Shown here: positions 19,178 through 26,760 of the stretch, piece after piece
Numbering within the stretch: position 1 is the first letter of the stretch
Layout: each line of letters starts with the position of its first letter
Source: Bacteroidota bacterium
GTDB lineage: Bacteria; Bacteroidota; Bacteroidia; Bacteroidales; JAADGE01
DNA: 64,000 bases
Direction: 5' to 3'
Assembly: GCA_024277895.1 (NCBI GenBank)
Contig: JAJRUH010000125.1
Coordinates: 1,325 to 65,324, forward strand
The notes under the pieces: model-generated
What the model saw: the letters and a program-made list of their open reading frames with translations, nothing else
What the model was told of the DNA's origin: nothing
The model's database searches: none
Position numbers and translations under genes: made by a program

Positions 19178-20254
19178 ATGCAAAAAAATAAAAATATAAT
19201 TTACGCTTTAATAATTACAATTTTCATATTTGTTTCCTGCAAAAGAACACCTCCCGAACCTGTTGAATACCGAAAATCAAACGGTGTTTTTATCTGTAAC
19301 GAAGGAAATTTTACCTACGGTAATGCTTCTCTGTCTTTTTACGAACCCGAAACAAAAACAACGGAAAACGAAATTTTTTACAACGCAAATAATTTCCCTC
19401 CGGGCGACGTGGCTATGTCAATGAGCATAAAAGATTCTTTGGCTTTCTTAGCGGTGAATAATTCCGGTAAAATACTCGTTTTCAACCCAAAAACCTTTAA
19501 GTATATTGCAAGCATTTCCGGACTTACTTCTCCGCGATATATTCTGTTTATTTCCGATACCAAAGCATACGTTACCGACTTATACGATAAAAATATAAGC
19601 ATTATAAATCCGGAAAATTTTACGAAAACCGGCTCTGTTTTTATAGGAAACGGAAGCGAACAAATTGTTAAATATCAAAATTTTGCATTTACTACAGGTT
19701 GGTCTTTCAACAATAAAATTTACAAAATAAACACCGACACCGACAAACTTATTGATTCGCTTACCGTAACAAAACAGCCAAACAGCATTGTGCTCGACAA
19801 AAACAACAAATTGTGGGTACTTTCCGACGGCGGCTTTTCCGGAATACCGGGCGGACAAGAAATTCCGGCTCTTACGAAAATAAATCCGGAAACTTTTTCC
19901 GTTGAAAAAACTTTCAATTTCCCTTCTGTTGAAACTTCTCCCGCCCGACTTACCCTTAACGGAACAAAAGACACATTATATTTTTTAAACAACTCTCCGT
20001 CAGGCGGAAACCAATACGAAGGAGTTTACGAAATGTCAGTAAATTCGGAAAACCTGCCTGTTGAGGCATTTATTCCGCAAGGCGAAAAATTATTTTACGG
20101 ATTAGGAACAGACCCCGCAACTTCGGATATTTACGTTTCCGATGCCGTTGATTATCTTCAAAAAGGCATAATTTACCGTTTCCGCTCCGACGGAACACCG
20201 ATTGACACATTCAAAACAGGAATTATTCCTTCTTATTTTTGCTTTAAGCCGTAA
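19178..20254 (+). CDS. YncE-like beta-propeller surface lipoprotein (BtuG-like by position)
   Basis: Lipobox FVSC and repeated propeller strands (NGVFICNEGNF, KILVFNP, ISIINP, KLWVLSDGG). Its position directly after btuB resembles Bacteroides btuG. Confidence 0.55.
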   Translation: MQKNKNIIYALIITIFIFVSCKRTPPEPVEYRKSNGVFICNEGNFTYGNASLSFYEPETKTTENEIFYNANNFPPGDVAMSMSIKDSLAFLAVNNSGKILVFNPKTFKYIASISGLTSPRYILFISDTKAYVTDLYDKNISIINPENFTKTGSVFIGNGSEQIVKYQNFAFTTGWSFNNKIYKINTDTDKLIDSLTVTKQPNSIVLDKNNKLWVLSDGGFSGIPGGQEIPALTKINPETFSVEKTFNFPSVETSPARLTLNGTKDTLYFLNNSPSGGNQYEGVYEMSVNSENLPVEAFIPQGEKLFYGLGTDPATSDIYVSDAVDYLQKGIIYRFRSDGTPIDTFKTGIIPSYFCFKP

Positions 20255-20258
20255 AAAA

Positions 20259-20295
20259 TTCTTCATCCGACGACTCGGAGTCATCGGATGAAGAA
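20259..20295. repeat. 37-nt palindromic repeat, copy 1 (also a probable terminator of the oxidase operon)
   Basis: TTCTTCATCCGACGACTC-G-GAGTCATCGGATGAAGAA. It differs at 3 positions from copy 2 at 24092-24128. On the minus strand the hairpin is followed by TTTTTT. Confidence 0.75.
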
Positions 20296-20345
20296 AAATG
20301 ATAAAAATATGCAAAAGATAAGGCAAATATTTTGCCTGATATTCT

Positions 20346-22556
20346 TTAAAATCGCACGGACAATCCTCCGCCTGCTCCGAAACGATTATCATAACTTACT
20401 ATTAAAGAAAAGTCCCTTGACAACATATACTCAGCTCCGGCACTCCACACTATTTCAGGCAAATAATTTATATTCTCGGGCAGAGTTTTTACAAGTCCGA
20501 AATCTGCCTGATATTCGTAATAACCGAATATTGAAAACCTCGGAAAAATCATTAAGCTGCGACTTAAAGATATTCGAGGTCTTAATTCGTTATCAACACG
20601 TAAATCTAAATTGAACATATACGGTGTAAAAAACCGAATACCGGCAACGGCAGTTGTATTAAATTCATCTATATTATCCGGAATTTCATTTTCAATATTC
20701 ACACCGCCGAAAACTCGCAAATAATCATATAAATAATATTCGTATGTTACTTCTGCCTCTAAATTTTTATTCCACCCGTATTCTACGGAAGTGTTGAACT
20801 GATTTCTGATATCAGATGCAGAAAAGTTTAAAACCATTGCATTTGAAGCAATATCCAACATTCCTTGAGAATAATATCTGTCTGTTTCTTTAACAGCTGT
20901 TTTTACGGAAAACTCTTTCATTCGCGGGTCTCTTGGTGTTTCATAACTTAAAACACGTGCCATTCCTCCCATCAAATGATACAGAATATGACAATGAAAA
21001 AACCAATCTCCGTATTCATTCCCGTAAAATTCAATAGTCACCGATTCCATAGGTGGTACATTAACCGTGTGTTTTAAGGGAGAGTATTCTCCGTTTTTAT
21101 TCAATACTCTGAAAAAGTGTCCGTGTAAATGCATAGGATGATGCATCATAGTCAGGTTATTTAACGTAATTCGGGTAATTTGATTTTCTTCAATTTTTAT
21201 TTTATCCGACTCAGATAAAGGCACACCGTTCATACTCCAGATATAACGTTGCATATTTCCGGTAAGATTTAATAAAATTTCTTTCACGGGTATATCTTTA
21301 TCAAAATTGGTTTTATTCAGTGCTTTTAAATAATCGTAATTATATTGTGAAGACATTTTTTTATCGTCCGGTGTTCCGGAATTCATCTTTTTCATATCAC
21401 CTTTCATTTGCATACCGTATTTCTTTTTCATTTCAAAGCGTTCATCTTTTTTCGGTCTGAATTTAAAAGCGTGTGCTCCCATTCTCATATCCGTTTTTGC
21501 CATTTTTTTCATCATAGCAATTTTATCCGGTTTCATCACATTAGGAGCTTTATGTGCTTTCCCTGTTCCTAAAAATGCTGATGCACTTCCGGAACCGTCT
21601 TGTGCCGTAATTTTGAATTCAATTTTACCGCTTTCGGGTATGGTAACAATAAAATCGTAAGATTCGGCAATTGCAATAAATGTTTTATTCTTTTTAACCG
21701 GTACAACGTCTATTCCGTCAGCTGAAACCAGCAAAGGATTTGCTCCCCCGAAAGTCATCCAAAAACTCGTTGATGCCGCTCCGTTTGTAATACGTAATCG
21801 TACTTTTTCTCCGGCTTTAAATTCGGGATATTCAACAGACTGTTTGCCGTTAATTAAAAATGCCGGATAATAAATATCTGCAATATCTGCTCCTTCCATC
21901 CGTTGTTTCCAGAAATTTAATTGTGCACCTAAAGCCCCCTCTTTTATAACCTTACTTAATGGTGTGGATGTCCCTTTTTTTATGTTATACCATTCCGTGC
22001 CTCGTTTTAAATTACGTAAAACTTTCATCGGTTTTTCATTTGTCCAGTCAGAAAGCATCAGTACAAGCTCTTTGTCGTATTGCAGAGTTTCTTTTTTAGG
22101 ATGAATAACAAATGCACCGAAAACACCTTTCTGTTCCTGAAGCATTGTATGACCATGATACCAATATGTTCCGGATTGTTTTATTGCAAATTCGTATTTT
22201 AATGTATGTCCAGGCTCAATCGGCGGTGTGTTCAAATACGGTACACCGTCGTAGAAGTTAGGCAGCAACAGTCCGTGCCAATGTACGGAGGTTTCAACAT
22301 CCATTTCATTTTTTACATAAATTACGGCATACTCACCTTCGGTAAATTCTAATGTAGGACCGGGAATGCTGCCGTTAATGGTCATACCCTTTACTTCTTT
22401 TCCTGCCATATTTACTTTTTCCTGCCTTAGGGTAAGCGTATATTCTTTTACGGGAAGGTTATCTGGGTTTCCTTCTTCAGATTTTTCAGTTTGAGCATAA
22501 GAGTTTATACTTAAAAATAAAAATATTATACTTATTGAACAGATTAAATTTTTCAT
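20346..22556 (-). CDS. Multicopper oxidase (CopA/PcoA-like) fused to a C-terminal CopB-like outer-membrane domain
   Basis: 736 aa with a Sec signal. Copper motifs HWHG, WYHGH, HPMHLHGH and HCHILYHLMGGM, and Met-rich insert MMKKMAKTDMRMG...MQMKGDMKKM. An extra 199-aa beta-rich C-terminal domain ends in ...GGGLSVRF. Confidence 0.75.
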   Translation of the reverse strand: MKNLICSISIIFLFLSINSYAQTEKSEEGNPDNLPVKEYTLTLRQEKVNMAGKEVKGMTINGSIPGPTLEFTEGEYAVIYVKNEMDVETSVHWHGLLLPNFYDGVPYLNTPPIEPGHTLKYEFAIKQSGTYWYHGHTMLQEQKGVFGAFVIHPKKETLQYDKELVLMLSDWTNEKPMKVLRNLKRGTEWYNIKKGTSTPLSKVIKEGALGAQLNFWKQRMEGADIADIYYPAFLINGKQSVEYPEFKAGEKVRLRITNGAASTSFWMTFGGANPLLVSADGIDVVPVKKNKTFIAIAESYDFIVTIPESGKIEFKITAQDGSGSASAFLGTGKAHKAPNVMKPDKIAMMKKMAKTDMRMGAHAFKFRPKKDERFEMKKKYGMQMKGDMKKMNSGTPDDKKMSSQYNYDYLKALNKTNFDKDIPVKEILLNLTGNMQRYIWSMNGVPLSESDKIKIEENQITRITLNNLTMMHHPMHLHGHFFRVLNKNGEYSPLKHTVNVPPMESVTIEFYGNEYGDWFFHCHILYHLMGGMARVLSYETPRDPRMKEFSVKTAVKETDRYYSQGMLDIASNAMVLNFSASDIRNQFNTSVEYGWNKNLEAEVTYEYYLYDYLRVFGGVNIENEIPDNIDEFNTTAVAGIRFFTPYMFNLDLRVDNELRPRISLSRSLMIFPRFSIFGYYEYQADFGLVKTLPENINYLPEIVWSAGAEYMLSRDFSLIVSYDNRFGAGGGLSVRF

Positions 22557-23914
22557 TTTTCTTGTTTTTGAAATGAATTTTGTTTTTTTGCTTTATAGTT
22601 TCTGATAATCAATCGGTTACTTTTTTCATAACTAAAATAACTAACTGCCCAATTAAGAGCAACAAGTAACTTATTCCGAAAACCGCTTATAGACATTAAA
22701 TGTACAAACGACCATAACAGCCAGGCAAAATAACCTCCGAATTTAAGTTTTCCTAAATCGGCAACTGCTCTTCGTTTGCCGACTGTTGCTAACAAACCTT
22801 TATTTTTGTAATAAAAAGGAATTAGTTTTTTGTTTTTAACGGTATTCATAATATTCACAGCTGCAATCTTCCCCTGCTGAATTGCAGTTTGAGCAACCTG
22901 AGGATATCCTTTCGGCATTTTTTCCGATATAACAGAAGCAATATCTCCTATTGCAAATACATTGTTTAATCCTTCGATTTGAAGGTATTGGTTTGTTTTT
23001 AACCGATTACCCGAAACAAGACATTTCTGATTGATACCTTCCGGTAATTGTCCTTTTATGCCGGCTGTCCAAATTAAGTTTTTAGCGGGAATTTCTTTTC
23101 CTTTTTTAGTGGTTATTATCTCTCCGTCATAATCTATTACAATTTCGTTAAAAAGCACTTTCACATTTAGTTTTTCTAAATATTTTAGTGTTTTAACAGA
23201 AGCTTTTTCCGACATAGATGAAATTAACTTATCAGATCCTTCAAGCAAATAAATATTCATAATTGATGAAGGGTATTCCGGATAGTCTTTCGGAAGAATA
23301 TATTTTTTAAATTCTGCTAATGCACCCGCCGTTTCAACGCCTGCAGGTCCGCCGCCTACAACAACAAAATTGGTTAATGCATCTCGTTCTTTGTCATTAC
23401 AAGTAATCGTTGCTTGTTCTAAGTTTTGCAGCATCATATGCCGTATATCCAAAGAATCGCATATACTTTTCAGCCCCAAACTATTTTCTTCAATATTTTT
23501 TATTCCGAAAAAATTAGTAATTGTTCCCGTAGCTAATACTAAATAATCATAAGATAAATAACCTTTATTTGTATATATTATTTTTGATTTAGTATCTATT
23601 CCTTTTGCTTCGGCTAATCTGAAAATTACATTCTTATATTTTGAAATTTGTTTTCTGAAAGGAAATGCAACACTGTCCGGCTCTAAACCGCTTGTCGCAA
23701 CTTGATATAATAAGGGCTGAAATTGATGGTAGTTATTTTTATCGATTAATACTACCTGAACATTTGCTTTTTTTAAATTTTCTGTTAATGATAAACCGGC
23801 AAAACCGCCTCCGATAATTACAATGCGCGGCAATTCAGATTCCGGCAAACAAACCAAACCGGCTTCTTCGCAAGAAATTTCATTATAGTTCTCGGATATA
23901 TTTTTATTAATCAA
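22553..23914 (-). CDS. ndh: Type II NADH dehydrogenase (NDH-2)
   Basis: RIVIIGGGFAGL, NYHQFQPLLYQVAT, VVVGGGPAGVE and FAIGDIA. Its TGA overlaps the oxidase ATG (ATGA). The track start is a TTG and the true start could be a downstream TTG. Confidence 0.8.
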   Translation of the reverse strand: MINKNISENYNEISCEEAGLVCLPESELPRIVIIGGGFAGLSLTENLKKANVQVVLIDKNNYHQFQPLLYQVATSGLEPDSVAFPFRKQISKYKNVIFRLAEAKGIDTKSKIIYTNKGYLSYDYLVLATGTITNFFGIKNIEENSLGLKSICDSLDIRHMMLQNLEQATITCNDKERDALTNFVVVGGGPAGVETAGALAEFKKYILPKDYPEYPSSIMNIYLLEGSDKLISSMSEKASVKTLKYLEKLNVKVLFNEIVIDYDGEIITTKKGKEIPAKNLIWTAGIKGQLPEGINQKCLVSGNRLKTNQYLQIEGLNNVFAIGDIASVISEKMPKGYPQVAQTAIQQGKIAAVNIMNTVKNKKLIPFYYKNKGLLATVGKRRAVADLGKLKFGGYFAWLLWSFVHLMSISGFRNKLLVALNWAVSYFSYEKSNRLIIRNYKAKKQNSFQKQEK

Positions 23915-24091
23915 ATTAAGATTTTTTATTTAAGAGATATAAAAATGCAGCTATTCTGAATAAAATTTCCGGGACAAGAATGTTTTTTTACTTAACGGCA
24001 AATTATATTCACAATTATTGGTAAATATACATAATTTTTGCTAAATCAAAAAATATTATTTTGACAGAGAATGATTTGCAGAAATAAAATT

Positions 24092-24128
24092 TTCTTCATA
24101 CGATGAGTCGGAGTCATCGGATGAAGAA
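24092..24128. repeat. 37-nt palindromic repeat, copy 2 (also a probable terminator of obg)
   Basis: TTCTTCATACGATGAGTC-G-GAGTCATCGGATGAAGAA. The right-hand 21 nt (TCGGAGTCATCGGATGAAGAA) is identical to copy 1. It lies 6 nt downstream of the obg stop codon. Confidence 0.75.
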
Positions 24129-24134
24129 AGAGAT

Positions 24135-25124
24135 TTAAGCATTCAAAGCCCTCCAAATAACATCTTTCAATTCCGATAATCCTTTTTGCGTAACCGACGA
24201 AATAAAAACATACGGAATGTCGGGCAAATCTTTTTTCATTTCTTCAATTAATTCCTCATCGGCCAAATCCGATTTTGTTACGGCTAAAATACGTTCTTTA
24301 TCAAGAAGTTCCGGATTATATTCTTTGAGTTCGTTAAGCAATATTTCATATTCTTTTTTAATATCATCGGCATCGGCAGGCACCATAAAAAGCAAAACGG
24401 AATTTCGTTCAATATGCCTTAAAAAACGCAAGCCCAAGCCCTTTCCTTCGGAAGCCCCTTCAATAATACCGGGAATATCGGCTATTACAAACGACTGATT
24501 ATCACGATAATTAATCATTCCGAGATTTGGAGCAAGCGTGGTAAATTCATAATTTGCAATTTTGGGTTTGGCAGCGGAAATCACCGACAACAAAGTAGAT
24601 TTTCCGGCATTCGGAAATCCTACTAATCCGACATCCGCCAAAACTTTAAGCTCAAGTATAACCCACCCTTCTTCACCTTCTTCGCCGGGTTGAGCATATC
24701 GAGGTGTTCTGTTTGTTGAAGATTTAAAATTTGTATTTCCCAAACCGCCTCTGCCGCCTTGCATTAATATTTGCTCCTCATTATGCCCGGTAATTTCAAA
24801 CAGCACATCACCTGTTTCCGCATCTTTGGCAAGCGTACCTAAAGGCACTTCCAAAATAACGTCTTCCCCTTCTGCACCGAATTTATTATTTGCCGAGCCG
24901 GGTGCTCCGCCTTTTGCTTTAACGTGTTTTCTGTATTTTAAATGTAATAAAGTCCAGCGATGTCTGTTTCCTTTTAAAACAATATGTCCCCCTCTGCCGC
25001 CGTCTCCGCCGTCCGGTCCGCCTTTTGTCGTTCGTTTATCACGATAAAAGTGCATTGATCCGGCTCCTCCTTTTCCTGATGTGCAATGGATTTTTACATA
25101 GTCTATAAAATTTGCTTCTGCCAT
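24135..25124 (-). CDS. obg: GTPase Obg/CgtA
   Basis: Obg fold [29 protein letters not shown], and G domain [24 protein letters not shown]. Confidence 0.9.
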   Translation of the reverse strand: MAEANFIDYVKIHCTSGKGGAGSMHFYRDKRTTKGGPDGGDGGRGGHIVLKGNRHRWTLLHLKYRKHVKAKGGAPGSANNKFGAEGEDVILEVPLGTLAKDAETGDVLFEITGHNEEQILMQGGRGGLGNTNFKSSTNRTPRYAQPGEEGEEGWVILELKVLADVGLVGFPNAGKSTLLSVISAAKPKIANYEFTTLAPNLGMINYRDNQSFVIADIPGIIEGASEGKGLGLRFLRHIERNSVLLFMVPADADDIKKEYEILLNELKEYNPELLDKERILAVTKSDLADEELIEEMKKDLPDIPYVFISSVTQKGLSELKDVIWRALNA

Positions 25125-25257
25125 AATTTTTCTCCGTTTAATAATTTACAAAAATACGAAGTATTTATCGGAATTCAACATTTGATTTTTAAACCGGTTA
25201 TTTTTCAATGTTTTTTTAGTAACTTCGCACTTATAAACTTAACAAACTTTCGACTGA

Positions 25258-26004
25258 ATGAAATATAAAACAGGATTAGTATTAAGCGGCGGAGGATCAA
25301 GAGGAATGGCTCATTTGGGGGTTATAAAAGCACTTAATGAAAAAGGCATTTTCCCGGATGTAATTTCAGGAAGCAGTGCCGGGGCAATAATGGGTTCTTT
25401 AATTGCCGACGGGCACAGTCCGGATGAAATTCTCACTCAACAAACAGGGAAAAAATTTCTTTCTTATACAAATTTTAATTTTTTCAGAAAAGGTTTGCTA
25501 AATTTCAAAAACCTCAGAAAAATGTTAAAAGATATATATACCGTTGAAAATATCGAAGATTTAAAAATACCTTTTTATGCCTGTGCTTCAAATCTTAACG
25601 AGGGCAAAGCCGAATATTTTAACAGCGGAAATTTAACGGATATTGTTACAGCCTCTTCTTCAGTACCATTTATTTTTAAACCGGTCGAAATTAACGGAAA
25701 AACCTATACTGACGGCGGACTGATAGATAATTTACCGATAAAACCTTTACTCGGGAAATGCGAAAAAATTATTTGTGTCAACCTTATTCATTTAAAATAC
25801 AAAGAAAATTTTAAAAATTCCAAGCAAGTTTACGGACGAACTTTTGATGTTTTAACCTACCATAATCAAAAAACCTACATTTCAGAATGCGATATTTTAA
25901 TTGAACCTCCGGCACTCTACGGTCAACCATATTTCAACAATAAAAAAGCACATGAAATTTTTAATATCGGTTATGATTATGTTATGAAATCGGATATATT
26001 ATAA
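25258..26004 (+). CDS. Patatin-like phospholipase
   Basis: GLVLSGGGSRGMAHLG oxyanion region, GSSAG nucleophile elbow, and DGG catalytic Asp motif. Confidence 0.8.
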   Translation: MKYKTGLVLSGGGSRGMAHLGVIKALNEKGIFPDVISGSSAGAIMGSLIADGHSPDEILTQQTGKKFLSYTNFNFFRKGLLNFKNLRKMLKDIYTVENIEDLKIPFYACASNLNEGKAEYFNSGNLTDIVTASSSVPFIFKPVEINGKTYTDGGLIDNLPIKPLLGKCEKIICVNLIHLKYKENFKNSKQVYGRTFDVLTYHNQKTYISECDILIEPPALYGQPYFNNKKAHEIFNIGYDYVMKSDIL

Positions 26005-26120
26005 GCATTTTTTCCTGCATTTGATATTTCCCTAATTTCAGAATCAATTACAATATTTTTCAGTATAAGACACATTTGCAATTACATAAAAAACTTTTCA
26101 ATTTCGTTTTTTAATTCACG

Positions 26121-26504
26121 TTAATACATTGTGTTCTTATGAGCAGAAGTCTTTGGAATTTGCTGCATTGAGTCCCAATGCTCTGCAATTTTCCCATTAT
26201 TATCGAATCTAAAAAAATCCATTGTAACATATTCATCATTGTCAGGCCAAATCTGATGTGTGTGAAGAGCGACTAATTCTCCTTCTGCAATTACACGTAC
26301 AAATTCAATTGACTTATTTGGATATTCTTTTGCCATTCTTTCAAAGTAATCAATAAGCGGTTGGATTCCGTCTCCGACTAACGGATTATGTTGAATGTAT
26401 TCAGACCCGACATATAAATCAGTCGCTTCTTTCGGGTTTCCTTCGTAAGCCATTTTATAAAAAGCTACTGCATTTTGTTTATTTTGTTTTAATTTTTCAT
26501 TCAT
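26121..26504 (-). CDS. SnoaL-like / NTF2-fold protein
   Basis: ORF trimmed to ATG 26504 (MNEKLKQNKQNAVAFYKMAYEGNP...). The size and the pattern ...YIQHNP...DFFRFDNNGKIAEHWD are typical of SnoaL-like cyclase-fold proteins. Confidence 0.5.
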   Translation of the reverse strand: MNEKLKQNKQNAVAFYKMAYEGNPKEATDLYVGSEYIQHNPLVGDGIQPLIDYFERMAKEYPNKSIEFVRVIAEGELVALHTHQIWPDNDEYVTMDFFRFDNNGKIAEHWDSMQQIPKTSAHKNTMY

Positions 26505-26760
26505 AGTTATTTTTTTACTTGTTTTCAACATTTGGCTATATGTAATCATCTGTTTTTAAAGACTGTTTCTTTACCATATCAAAGTTAAAAATAAAAATCT
26601 GAATACAAAATACACAATTAACAACATATGTAAACTATCTCTTACATTTATTGTTAATTTAAAGAATAATATAATAAAAATTAACAATTTTATTTGTTTT
26701 TATTTGTTTATATGAAATATTCTTTAGTCTTTTGTAAATTAAACTTTAAAGTTAATTAAA

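Noticed and set aside
20288-20614. 108-aa plus-strand ORF starting inside the palindromic repeat.
   Set aside because: It is almost entirely antisense to the 3' end of the multicopper oxidase gene, and its ATG is created by the palindrome arm (GGATGAAGAA).
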